From assembly GCA_029907515.1 (NCBI GenBank), contig JARYLT010000002.1, positions 14,343 to 78,342 on the forward strand: a stretch of 64,000 nucleotides of DNA. Reading direction: 5' to 3'. This DNA is from Spirochaetota bacterium (GTDB taxonomy: Bacteria; Spirochaetota; UBA4802; UB4802). Positions 1 through 9,791 of the stretch are shown here, one piece after another (position 1 is the first letter of the stretch; each line of letters begins with the position of its first letter). The translations under genes and the position numbers were made by a program. A model generated the notes under the pieces. That model was not told where the DNA came from. It did no database searches and was given only the letters and a program-made list of their open reading frames with translations.

Positions 1-1
1 T

Positions 2-457
2 GGTGGCACTGAAATCACCATGGTTGTTGAAGTTAATGGTAAATCCTATGGATTCAAAGTTAAAGACGGTAAAGATATTGAAACATGTGGTGATATCGCC
101 AATGCCATGCTGAGATTAAAAATATCCGAAGCTGATTTAAAGAAAATGATTGAAACCAATAATCTCGATATGTTGTTAGGCATGCAAAAGGATCTGACAA
201 GAGCTCGATATAACGCTCTCTCTTCTTTGAAAGGTAGTTTCATTGCTAAATTAAAAAATGATGATGGTTCTGAATTTACCATTGAAGCAATACTTAACGG
301 TGCAACATCACCACAATCGATTTTCCGCATGACAACAAAAGATTCAGCTGCTTTAATGAAAAAGGAAACAAATCCTGTTAATCTTTTCATGTCAGGTGCA
401 ATGAAAATCGAAGGTGACATGAGTTTTGCAATGGCAACCCAACCCCTATTCACTTGA
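2..457 (+). CDS. SCP2 sterol/lipid-binding domain protein, probably tandem SCP2, possibly 5'-truncated by the window edge
   Basis: C-terminal NPVNLFMSGAMKIEGDMSFAM is a typical SCP2 ending; frame is open from position 2 to the ATG at 20; lies upstream of acyl-CoA ligase and thiolase. Confidence 0.75.
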   Translation, partial: GGTEITMVVEVNGKSYGFKVKDGKDIETCGDIANAMLRLKISEADLKKMIETNNLDMLLGMQKDLTRARYNALSSLKGSFIAKLKNDDGSEFTIEAILNGATSPQSIFRMTTKDSAALMKKETNPVNLFMSGAMKIEGDMSFAMATQPLFT

Positions 458-469
458 TAGATATGCTTT

Positions 470-509
470 ACATCTCAACCACATTTTTATGTGGTTGAGA
501 TGTTTTTTT
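470..509 (+). terminator. Rho-independent terminator/stem-loop after the SCP2 gene
   Basis: Perfect 15-bp stem acatctcaaccacat/atgtggttgagatgt with tttt loop, followed by a T-run. Confidence 0.75.
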
Positions 510-531
510 ATCGATCACCTGGAGGTTAACA

Positions 532-2409
532 ATGGAAACTTTACCCTGGTACAAAGAATATAAAGTTTTAGGTATACCAAAAACATTTAAACCTTATCCT
601 GATAAACCAGTATATGATATTCTTGAAATAGCTGCGAAAAAATACAAAAAAAATGGCCTTTTACAAAAGGATTATTTTATATCATATCCGCAACTTCTAG
701 ACTATGTAAACAGATTAGCTTCACGTCTTCAGTCTTTTGGATTAATTAAAAATGATATTATTGCAACGATTTTACCAACTTCTACAGAATTTATAATTGC
801 TGATTACGCAATTTCAAAAGCAGGGCTCATCCATCTGCCATGTAGTTCACTTGAACCTGCTGAAGCCCTTGAACATAAATTTAAAGAAGGTAAACCTAAA
901 GCTATAATTTGTACCAGCAATGATATTAAAATAGTAACCAGCTTGATTAAAAAGACCAGTGTCAGAGCCATCATTATTGCTAACACACGTACCAGCACTT
1001 CTGTGCCAACTATCGATACAGATAAAATTAAAATATCAGGTTCAACAGTATATGAGTTATACTCATTAATCCAAAATTCTTCAGGAAATATTAATCCAGT
1101 TCCCATCAATGTTGAAACTGATATTGAAACATTGATATTTACTGGGGGGACCACAGGTATTCCAAAAGGCTGTATGCTCACACATAGAAACATATATGCT
1201 AACTGCATACAGAATCTCCATGCATTAGGAGCAGGAGGATTGACATTCAAAGGGGCAATATCTGTTATATTGGGATTACCTTTCTTCCATACCTATGGCC
1301 ATTGTCTCATGCATACAATGATGCTTTTTGGTTTTAATATCATCATTATCAACGATCCACGTGATACTAAATCAATGGTTGAAAACATCAAGAAGCACTA
1401 TCCCGTTATGCAGATAGGTGTACCAGCTCAATTCATGAAATTAGCTAAAGAAGATCTCAGTGGTATAGGCATTATTGGTCTTTCAGGATCAGCACCTTTA
1501 TCTGAATCAACACAGGAAGAATTTGAAAAACGTTCAAATAGCGGCATAATGGAAGGCTATGGACTTTCAGAGATGTCCCCGGTTACACATCTTAACCCTT
1601 CAGTAATATATCGTATTTTAGGTGGACGTTTTGGCGTCCGATTAGTCTCTCTCTTATCATCAATTCCTGGAAATAGTTACTTAACCAATCAGCTCTTTCG
1701 TTTGATAGGGACAAGGAACTTTGGCTGGATTTTTACTAAAATTATTGCATATCGTATGAAAAAAACCAGTCAAAAGCCTGGAAAGAAATCTGTGGAAAAA
1801 AGAAGAACAATTGGTGTTCCATTTCCTGACACTGAAGTACGTTTTCTTGATTTTGACTCTGGTAATATCCTGACAATTGATGATATGCTGGCTGGGAAAA
1901 GAGCAGAGATGCTTTTAAAGGGGCCACAGCGTATGTTAGGATACTGGCCAAAACCTGATAGTGGATGTGATGCTGAAGGTTTCATTCATACTGGTGACAT
2001 AGTACAGATAGACTCAAATGGTTATTTCTATATAGTTGATCGTTCCAAAGATATGATTAATGTCTCAGGTTTCAAAGTATATTCAAAAGAAATTGATGAT
2101 ATTGCTGGAGAACATCCACATATTGAAGCAGCTGCAACTGTTGGAATACCAAATCCTGAAAAAGAAGGCAGCGAAGTAGTTGTTCTTTTTGTTCAACTGT
2201 ACCCACAATACAAAAATAAAACAAAAGAACAGGACATATTAAAATACCTTCAATCAAAGGTTGCAAAATATGCAGTACCCAAGTTCATAAAAATTGTTGA
2301 TGAACTTCCCCGAACAGCAGTTGAAAAAGTTGATAAGAAAATATTACGTCAAATGGCTATTGACCAGTTTCTACAATCAAAAAAGAAAGTGAAAATCAAA
2401 ACAAAATAA
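532..2409 (+). CDS. Long-chain fatty acid--CoA ligase (AMP-binding superfamily)
   Basis: FTGGTTGIPKG P-loop, EGYGLSE, HTGD, DRSKDMI and LPRTAVEKVDK motifs; GGAGG RBS. Confidence 0.9.
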   Translation: METLPWYKEYKVLGIPKTFKPYPDKPVYDILEIAAKKYKKNGLLQKDYFISYPQLLDYVNRLASRLQSFGLIKNDIIATILPTSTEFIIADYAISKAGLIHLPCSSLEPAEALEHKFKEGKPKAIICTSNDIKIVTSLIKKTSVRAIIIANTRTSTSVPTIDTDKIKISGSTVYELYSLIQNSSGNINPVPINVETDIETLIFTGGTTGIPKGCMLTHRNIYANCIQNLHALGAGGLTFKGAISVILGLPFFHTYGHCLMHTMMLFGFNIIIINDPRDTKSMVENIKKHYPVMQIGVPAQFMKLAKEDLSGIGIIGLSGSAPLSESTQEEFEKRSNSGIMEGYGLSEMSPVTHLNPSVIYRILGGRFGVRLVSLLSSIPGNSYLTNQLFRLIGTRNFGWIFTKIIAYRMKKTSQKPGKKSVEKRRTIGVPFPDTEVRFLDFDSGNILTIDDMLAGKRAEMLLKGPQRMLGYWPKPDSGCDAEGFIHTGDIVQIDSNGYFYIVDRSKDMINVSGFKVYSKEIDDIAGEHPHIEAAATVGIPNPEKEGSEVVVLFVQLYPQYKNKTKEQDILKYLQSKVAKYAVPKFIKIVDELPRTAVEKVDKKILRQMAIDQFLQSKKKVKIKTK

Positions 2410-2434
2410 TAATTAGAGAACAAGAGAGGTACCA

Positions 2435-3613
2435 ATGAGAGAATGTGTATTCATTGATGGTGTGAGAACACCAAACGGCAGGGCTCATCGTGAAAAAGGC
2501 TGGTTCAGACATTTAAGGCCTGATGAGCTTTTAACACCAGTGTATAATGCTCTATTTGAGCGAAACAGCAAAGTGGTTCCAGATATGGTTGATGCTGTTT
2601 TTGTTGGTTGCGCTAATCCATCAGGCATGCAAAACGATATTGGCAGGTTAGCATGGTTAGCATCTGGATTACCAGATTCAGTTCCCACCAATACTTTGAC
2701 CAATCAGTGCCCATCAGGCATGTCCGCCACAATGCATGCTGCACGAGCAATTTTGACTGGCGAAGCAGATATTATCATTGCTGCTGGTGTAGAAGATATG
2801 GAAAAAGTACCAATGGGTGCCAATATGGATTTCCCTCCACGATTGTTAAAATATTATAATGGGGCTGATCTTTTAATGGGTGCAACAGCTGAAAAGGTTG
2901 CTGAACAATATAATATTTCCCGAGAAGATATGGAAAACATGGCTGTATGGTCAAATAAGAAGGCTTGGGAAGCAACAATAGCTGGAAAATTTAAAAAGGA
3001 GATAGTTCCTATAAAAGGGTTGGATGATAATGGTAATGAATTTTTAGTAGATAGAGACCAGTGGGTGCGTGATAAAGTTGACGTTGAAAAAATGAAAACG
3101 ATGATGTCACCATTCAAGCCCAATGGTGTTGTCACGGCAGCAACATCATCACCACTAACACAGGGTGCCTGTGCATTGCTTCTCATGAGCCGTGAAAAAG
3201 CAGATAAACTGGGACTGCCTTACCGGTATAAATATTCCTATGGTGTATTAGCAGGATGCGATCCTACTGTAATGGGAATTGGACCAATTCCTGCTATAAA
3301 GAAACTCGTTTCACGGACCGGTTTAAATTTAGATGAAGTAGGAGCAATTGAACTGAATGAAGCTTTTGCAAGTCAGTCATTAGCATGTATACGAGAACTA
3401 AAACTTGATAATGATAATGCTCCATTTAAGCGTGTGAACGTCTGGGGTGGTGCTATTGCTTTAGGACATCCCCTGGGTGAATCTGGCGCACGAATAATTA
3501 TAACTCTCTTGAATGTACTGGCAACTGAATTTCCTGATGCAAAATATGGATTGGCTTCCCTATGCGGTGCTTTTGGCAATGCAGGAGCATTACTGGTTGA
3601 AAAAGTTAATTAA
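2435..3613 (+). CDS. Thiolase (acetyl-CoA C-acyltransferase)
   Basis: NQCPSGM nucleophile Cys, NEAFA, GGAIALGHPLG, C-terminal Cys (LCGAFGNAG). Confidence 0.92.
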   Translation: MRECVFIDGVRTPNGRAHREKGWFRHLRPDELLTPVYNALFERNSKVVPDMVDAVFVGCANPSGMQNDIGRLAWLASGLPDSVPTNTLTNQCPSGMSATMHAARAILTGEADIIIAAGVEDMEKVPMGANMDFPPRLLKYYNGADLLMGATAEKVAEQYNISREDMENMAVWSNKKAWEATIAGKFKKEIVPIKGLDDNGNEFLVDRDQWVRDKVDVEKMKTMMSPFKPNGVVTAATSSPLTQGACALLLMSREKADKLGLPYRYKYSYGVLAGCDPTVMGIGPIPAIKKLVSRTGLNLDEVGAIELNEAFASQSLACIRELKLDNDNAPFKRVNVWGGAIALGHPLGESGARIIITLLNVLATEFPDAKYGLASLCGAFGNAGALLVEKVN

Positions 3614-3639
3614 TATTATTATTTTCTGCTGAATGTACA

Positions 3640-3664
3640 TTCCCGCCGCCTTCAGCGGCGGGAA
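3640..3664 (+). terminator. GC-rich stem-loop after thiolase
   Basis: ttcccgccgc-cttca-gcggcgggaa 10-bp stem; poor U-tail. Confidence 0.5.
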
Positions 3665-3755
3665 ATAAATATTAATTCTAACTGATAATTCATTAACGAA
3701 TAAATAGTAATTACAAATAAATTTTAAAAATATTAATTTTCAAAGGAGGTTTGTC

Positions 3756-4397
3756 ATGAAAAGACTTTTAATTATCTCTTTAACAATTATTTTTGCAAGC
3801 ATTTCAATCCTTGTTTTTTCACAACAATCAAATTGGAAATTAGTACATGAAAGTAAAGAAGATCAAGCTTCATTGCAAATTTTTACACGTGATATCCCCG
3901 GATCACCTTATAAAGAATTCAAAGGAGTAAGTTTTTCTGATATTCCTTTTGATATTGCTCTGAAAGTTATTCAGGACTACAATAATTATCACAAATGGTA
4001 TGGCATGTGTAATGCATTATATCCAATAAATGTACGCAATCCAAAAGATCTTGATATGTATTTTATCCTTGACCTTCCTGTTGTAACTGATCGTGATGTT
4101 GTTGTTAAAGTTGAATGCGGCTGGGATGAGAAAAAAGGAACTGCCTGGGTAAATATGACATCAATAAATGATAGTCCCTATAAAAATGATAGTGGTTTAG
4201 TACGAATGACATCTTTAAAAGGAAGATGGGATATTATAAAAAAAGATGAAAATCATGTAGAGGTAATCTACCAGGTACATGCTGAATTAGGCGGATCACT
4301 ACCTGCCTGGGTTGTCAATATTGCAGCAAAAGATCAACCTTTAAAGACTTTAAAAGGTGTTTATAAATACTGTAAAAAAATAAGAGATAATAAATAA
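3756..4397 (+). CDS. Exported START-domain lipid-binding protein
   Basis: N-terminal signal peptide; P..DRD motif (LPVVTDRDVV) and GGSLPAWVVN typical of START domains; AGGAGG RBS. Confidence 0.85.
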   Translation: MKRLLIISLTIIFASISILVFSQQSNWKLVHESKEDQASLQIFTRDIPGSPYKEFKGVSFSDIPFDIALKVIQDYNNYHKWYGMCNALYPINVRNPKDLDMYFILDLPVVTDRDVVVKVECGWDEKKGTAWVNMTSINDSPYKNDSGLVRMTSLKGRWDIIKKDENHVEVIYQVHAELGGSLPAWVVNIAAKDQPLKTLKGVYKYCKKIRDNK

Positions 4398-4430
4398 TAA
4401 TTAATATTAATAATATTAATTATTGCTAAT

Positions 4431-4461
4431 AAGAGGCATTATGATATATGCCTCTTTTTTT
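4431..4461 (+). terminator. Rho-independent terminator
   Basis: aagaggcat...atgcctctt stem followed by a T-run. Confidence 0.65.
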
Positions 4462-4550
4462 ATTATGAATTATCTTGACACTGAATACAATGTAATTTTT
4501 TTAATGTACCAATACTTATTTCAACTTTTTACAACCAGACAGGGTAACCC

Positions 4551-4940
4551 ATGTTAATGGTTTTTATACTGATAGTAGGTATTTATGTAATCACCATTGG
4601 GCTGTTAGAACTTGTAATGCCTGCCCGAATGTTACAATTATGGATTAAAATTTCCTCAAGCAGGTTGTATTTTCTTTATGGAATTGTTTTAATAGTAGCT
4701 GGATTTCCATTAACTCAGGTACCATCATCTAACCCTTTATCTACTCCACTATTCATTATTGGTTTAATAGTGGTCTTTTCTGGACCATTCATTCTGATTT
4801 ATCCTGAAAAAATAAAAAATGTATTTTTTCAGGGACTTGATGAACTGGGGCAAACAGGAAGTCGATTTGCACTGATTATTGATGCAATAGCTCGAATAGC
4901 CACTGGAATAGTATGTATAGCAGCGTATTTACTCAGTTAA
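4551..4940 (+). CDS. Small membrane protein (about 4 TM; DUF2065-like)
   Basis: Four hydrophobic segments with repeated G..L..P pattern. Confidence 0.65.
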   Translation: MLMVFILIVGIYVITIGLLELVMPARMLQLWIKISSSRLYFLYGIVLIVAGFPLTQVPSSNPLSTPLFIIGLIVVFSGPFILIYPEKIKNVFFQGLDELGQTGSRFALIIDAIARIATGIVCIAAYLLS

Positions 4941-4946
4941 GATAAT

Positions 4947-7412
4947 CTAAATGACAATATTAACTAACTTTCCAGGCACAACAATCACCTTTCTTACTGT
5001 TTTCCCCGCTATCATTTCTTTAATTCTGTCATCTTCAAGTGCCACCTTTTCCATTTCCTCTTTTGTAATATCAGCAGGGACATTTCGTTTTGACCTTATT
5101 TTCCCATTTATCTGGAAAACAACTTCTATCTCATCCTTTGCGGTAAGCTCTTCCTTGAAATCAGGCCATGGCTCATCCAGAATAAAATTCTTATGTCCCA
5201 GTACCTCCCACAATTCTTCGGCAAGGTGTGGAACAAATGGTCCAAGCATTGGTAATAGTTTATCGAATAACTCGGATACTACCATTTTCCCAGCATCAGT
5301 TCGTATTATCTCTTCATTTATCTGATACAATGCATTTACCAATTCCATCATACGGGCAATTGCCGTATTAAACTGCATTCTGTTTTCAATATCATGTGTC
5401 ACTGCCTTTACTGTTCTATGGATTTCCCCACGGAGATTTTTTAAAACAGGATCTAACACAACAGTATCAAAATTATATTCAGTATAACAGTCACTATATT
5501 TTTGAACAATTCGCCAAACACGGTTTACAAATCTATAGCAACCTTCAACCCCTTTATCAGACCAGTCCAGATCCTTTTCAGGAGGAGCAGCAAAAAGCAT
5601 GAAAAGTCGTACGGTATCAGCACCGTATTTGTCTATTATATCATCAGGATCCACAATATTGCCTTTGGATTTGCTCATCTTTGCGCCATCTTTTATTACC
5701 ATTCCCTGAGTTAGCAAACGGGTAAAAGGCTCTCGGTATTTCAAAATCCCCAGATCATTCAGGACCATGGTAAAAAAGCGTGCGTACAGCAAATGCATAC
5801 AGGCATGTTCTATTCCACCAATATACTGGTCAACTGGAGTCCAGTAATTGACCTCATCAAAATCAAAGATTTCCTTTGAACGAGGAGAAGTAAACTTTGC
5901 AAAATACCACGAAGAGTCAACAAAAGTATCCATGGTATCTGTTTCACGCTTTGCTTTCCCCCCACAGTGTGGACATTTGGTTTCATAAAATTCAGGCATC
6001 ATGGTAAGTGGTGAACGAGAATCTCCATGAAAATCAACATCCGTTGGCAATACTACCGGTAAGTTATCATATGGTACAGGTTGAGCACCACAGGTTTCAC
6101 AATACACAATTGGTATTGGGCAGCCCCAGTACCGTTGCCGAGATATTAACCAGTCCTTTAGGCGATAATTTACTTTTTTATAACCAATACCTTCTTTTTC
6201 AGCATAGTCTGATATTGCTTCAATGGCCTTTTTATTAGTCATACCTGTAAAGGGACCGGAATTAACACATATACCATCCTCAACATACGCATCTTTCATT
6301 GATGCAACATCAATAGGCGATGAAGGATTATCAATAACAAGCTTTATAGGAATGCCATATTTTTTAGCAAAAGCAAAGTCACGAGTATCATGTGCCGGGA
6401 CAGCCATAATAGCACCTGTACCATATTCCATGAGAACAAAATTACCAACATATAGAGGCACAATATCACCGTTAAACGGATTGATAATTTTTATTCCGGT
6501 ATCTATACCTTCTTTTTCCTTTTCTTCAGAAAGTCTGTCTACCAGAGACTGCTCTTTAATTCTTTTAATAAATTCCTTTACTTTTGAGTCTTTTACTCGC
6601 TCCAGAAATGGATGTTCAGGAGCTATTACCATAAAAGTCACACCGTAAATAGTATCTGGACGCGTGGTAAAAATTGGGAAGTCTTCACCGGTATCAGCAA
6701 CCTTAAAATTTACAACCAGTCCTGTTGATCTGCCTATCCAGTTTTTTTGCATCACAATAACACGCTCGGGCCACCCTTCTTTCAGAATATCATGCCCTGA
6801 TAACAGATCCTCAGCATAATCGGTTATTTTAAAAAACCATTGCTCAAGTTCACGCTGGGTTACCTGCGTTTCACATCGCCAGCATAGGCCATTTTCAACC
6901 TGTTCATTGGCAAGCACTGTATTACATGTTGGGCACCAGTTAACCGGTGCTTTGCGCTTATAGGCCAATCCTTTTTCATACATCTTGATAAAAACATACT
7001 GATTCCATTTATAATACTCAGGCGTATGGGTTGCTATCTCCCTTTCCCAATCATAAGAGTACCCCAACATCTTAAATTGCTTTTTCATATACGCAATATT
7101 GTCATCCGTCCATTTTTTAGGAGGAATATTGTGCTTGATAGCAGCATTTTCTGCTGGTAAGCCAAATGCATCCCATCCCATGGGATGGAATACATTAAAG
7201 CCCTGCATTCGTTTATAACGAGCTACAACATCTCCAATTGAATAATTGCGCACATGGCCCATGTGTATTCTGCCAGATGGATACGGAAACATTTCTAATA
7301 TGTAATACTTTTGCCTGTTTTTATCACGTTTTGATAAAAAAACCTTTTCTTGATTCCATCGGTCCTGCCACTTTTTTTCAATTTGCTTGGGTTTATATTC
7401 CTTCTCCTGCAT
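4947..7412 (-). CDS. leuS: Leucine--tRNA ligase
   Basis: MFPYPSGRIHMGH (HIGH), KMSKS, GTGAIMAVPAHD editing motif. Confidence 0.98.
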   Translation of the reverse strand: MQEKEYKPKQIEKKWQDRWNQEKVFLSKRDKNRQKYYILEMFPYPSGRIHMGHVRNYSIGDVVARYKRMQGFNVFHPMGWDAFGLPAENAAIKHNIPPKKWTDDNIAYMKKQFKMLGYSYDWEREIATHTPEYYKWNQYVFIKMYEKGLAYKRKAPVNWCPTCNTVLANEQVENGLCWRCETQVTQRELEQWFFKITDYAEDLLSGHDILKEGWPERVIVMQKNWIGRSTGLVVNFKVADTGEDFPIFTTRPDTIYGVTFMVIAPEHPFLERVKDSKVKEFIKRIKEQSLVDRLSEEKEKEGIDTGIKIINPFNGDIVPLYVGNFVLMEYGTGAIMAVPAHDTRDFAFAKKYGIPIKLVIDNPSSPIDVASMKDAYVEDGICVNSGPFTGMTNKKAIEAISDYAEKEGIGYKKVNYRLKDWLISRQRYWGCPIPIVYCETCGAQPVPYDNLPVVLPTDVDFHGDSRSPLTMMPEFYETKCPHCGGKAKRETDTMDTFVDSSWYFAKFTSPRSKEIFDFDEVNYWTPVDQYIGGIEHACMHLLYARFFTMVLNDLGILKYREPFTRLLTQGMVIKDGAKMSKSKGNIVDPDDIIDKYGADTVRLFMLFAAPPEKDLDWSDKGVEGCYRFVNRVWRIVQKYSDCYTEYNFDTVVLDPVLKNLRGEIHRTVKAVTHDIENRMQFNTAIARMMELVNALYQINEEIIRTDAGKMVVSELFDKLLPMLGPFVPHLAEELWEVLGHKNFILDEPWPDFKEELTAKDEIEVVFQINGKIRSKRNVPADITKEEMEKVALEDDRIKEMIAGKTVRKVIVVPGKLVNIVI

Positions 7413-7560
7413 ACATCATCCTCCAATAATACATTTTACAACAGTTGCACCCAATACATCAATAGTATCTATCAATACTTATTAATTCAATTCATATGCA
7501 CATTATTCACGCTGGTTTTATCGTCAAGTATTTTGTTACCAGGTAACTATCGCACATATA

Positions 7561-9327
7561 TTATAAACCAAAATGTCCATATTGCTTTTCTTCAATCTGC
7601 ACTATAATTTTATTGTACATACTGATTATATCCCGATACAGGACAATAGCTGTAACTTTATTTCCTTTTGCTACAGGTAAAAAATCGATTCCATATTCAT
7701 CCATTCTTCTTAGCGCCTCTGCTGCTGAATTACTTTCGCTACAGGGATTAACATGTAACACTATATCCTGACAGATGAGTAATTCAACCACATCACTGGA
7801 AAGAAGTGCCTGCCTGACTTCATTTAATGACAATATACCTGTATAGCCACCATTATCATCAACTACAATAAGACCTGTTTCCGCTTCAATCAGTTTATCC
7901 ATTGCAAATTTGAGTGGTGCTTTTGCATTAATTGTCTGAAAATCCTTTCGAGCTATTGAATGGACAGTCACTGATTCAAGAACATTAATGCGGCTTTTAC
8001 GAACATCAATACCTTCTTCCAGCAACTCTAATTCATAGATAGTGCCTTTATTATAGTAAGTAACAGTCAGGTGTGCTATAACCGAAGCAAGCATAACAGG
8101 AAGAATGATTCTATAATCATTGGTCAATTCAAATACCATCAATATGGCAGTAATTGGTATTGAGTTTAAACCAGCAAGCATACCACCCATACCTATGAGT
8201 GCATACGCAACAGGATCAAGTGTTGCCCCAAAAAAAGAAAGCATTGATGCAAACAAATAACCAACCAGTATTCCAATACATAACGATGGAGCAAATAAAC
8301 CGCCATAGGCTCCTGTTTGAAAATACAGAGCTATAAATATAATTTTTAACACAAATAATATCACCAGAATATTTACCGAAAATTCTTTTGCCAGGACTTT
8401 ATTGATTAATTCATACCCTATGCCATAAATGTCTGTATAAAACATAACCGCAACAGCAAATAGCAGCGATAGTGGTAACAATATGGCTATTGTGTCATCC
8501 TTTCTTATTTTTTTATAAAATTTTTTTATTATGTGCGATAGTTCCATAAACAAAAGCGCAACAACACCACATACTATTGCCAGTAAAATAAAATACAGGA
8601 CTTCGTGAGTATTAACCTGAAATTTGGGGATCTGTAACAATGCAACATTTCCTAGATATGCTTTTGAAACCATATCTGCAGATACCGATGCTATAACCAG
8701 AGCACTCAATGACTCATTTTTTAAATCATTGAGTAATATTACTTCTATCCCAAAAAACACCCCCGCAATAGGGGCATTGAATATAGCAGAAATTGCAGCA
8801 CCCGCTCCTGCAACGGTATATGTAGTCATTTTACGGATATTCAAACGAAAAAGCGATGAAATATATGAACCAAGTCCACCACCTATTTTAGCAGAAGGAC
8901 CTTCAGGCCCCAGCGGTGCACCAGTACCCAATGTCACGGCAGAAGCTAATAGATGAAACAACGTTGTAAAAAGTGGTATTGGGATTTTTTGCAACAGGAC
9001 AGATTTAATAACACTGGTAACACCTCGTTCAGACGCCTGCTGCGGAAATAATCGTGTTAAGCCTATAATCATCAGCGCCCCGATAACAGGAACTATCGCC
9101 ATAACAAATGATGGAATTTCAAGGTAGCGCGAAAAACGTGATGGGTTTATTGCAAAACGCATCCACTCAATAAGGGTATGAAACACCATGGCACCCAGGC
9201 CGGCAGTAGCACCAATTAAAAGCGAAATGCCAATCTGTAATATATATTCTTTCAGATCATATCTGGTTGTGAAAAATTTTTTTATACTATCATAACAGTG
9301 CTGAAGAATATAGAGTGTTTTATCCAT
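7561..9327 (-). CDS. CLC-family chloride channel/transporter with C-terminal CBS pair
   Basis: GPEGP, FNAPIAG, GGLFAP motifs, many TM helices, CBS-like C-terminus. Confidence 0.92.
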   Translation of the reverse strand: MDKTLYILQHCYDSIKKFFTTRYDLKEYILQIGISLLIGATAGLGAMVFHTLIEWMRFAINPSRFSRYLEIPSFVMAIVPVIGALMIIGLTRLFPQQASERGVTSVIKSVLLQKIPIPLFTTLFHLLASAVTLGTGAPLGPEGPSAKIGGGLGSYISSLFRLNIRKMTTYTVAGAGAAISAIFNAPIAGVFFGIEVILLNDLKNESLSALVIASVSADMVSKAYLGNVALLQIPKFQVNTHEVLYFILLAIVCGVVALLFMELSHIIKKFYKKIRKDDTIAILLPLSLLFAVAVMFYTDIYGIGYELINKVLAKEFSVNILVILFVLKIIFIALYFQTGAYGGLFAPSLCIGILVGYLFASMLSFFGATLDPVAYALIGMGGMLAGLNSIPITAILMVFELTNDYRIILPVMLASVIAHLTVTYYNKGTIYELELLEEGIDVRKSRINVLESVTVHSIARKDFQTINAKAPLKFAMDKLIEAETGLIVVDDNGGYTGILSLNEVRQALLSSDVVELLICQDIVLHVNPCSESNSAAEALRRMDEYGIDFLPVAKGNKVTAIVLYRDIISMYNKIIVQIEEKQYGHFGL

Positions 9328-9338
9328 GTGGCAAAAAA

Positions 9339-9791
9339 TTACTTGGCATTACGAAGTATTTCAATAATATCTTTAGTGCTCTTTGCCTGAATCATTTCAT
9401 TACGTATTATATCGTTTTTGAGGACAGACATTATTTTTGACAATAACTTCAAATATTCTTTATGCTGACGTTCACCCGCCGCTACCAGTACCACCAGATG
9501 TACTGGCTTTCCGTCAATAGAATTAAAATCTATGCCTTTTTTAGAAATCCCTATTGCAAATGCAATTTTATGAACTGATTCCAGTTTAGCATGTGGAACA
9601 GCAATACCAAAACCAATGCCGGTTGTCATAATTTCTTCACGTTCCTTCAAAGCATTAATGAATGCTTTGATATCGGAGCACACATCGGTACCTTTAAACA
9701 CATCCGCTAGCTCTTCTATTGCTTTATATTTGTTCTTTGACTTTAAAAACTTAATAAATTTGGTATCAGTAAACTCCAGTAATGAACTCAC
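9339..9791 (-). CDS. PTS EIIA (Fru/Ntr-type, PtsN-like)
   Basis: EREEIMTTGIGFGIAVPHA phospho-His motif; GTG start with AGGAG RBS. Confidence 0.9.
   Translation of the reverse strand: MSSLLEFTDTKFIKFLKSKNKYKAIEELADVFKGTDVCSDIKAFINALKEREEIMTTGIGFGIAVPHAKLESVHKIAFAIGISKKGIDFNSIDGKPVHLVVLVAAGERQHKEYLKLLSKIMSVLKNDIIRNEMIQAKSTKDIIEILRNAK

Noticed and set aside
1600-1800. Possible intein in the acyl-CoA ligase insertion
   Set aside because: Too short and lacks the C-terminal His-Asn splice motif
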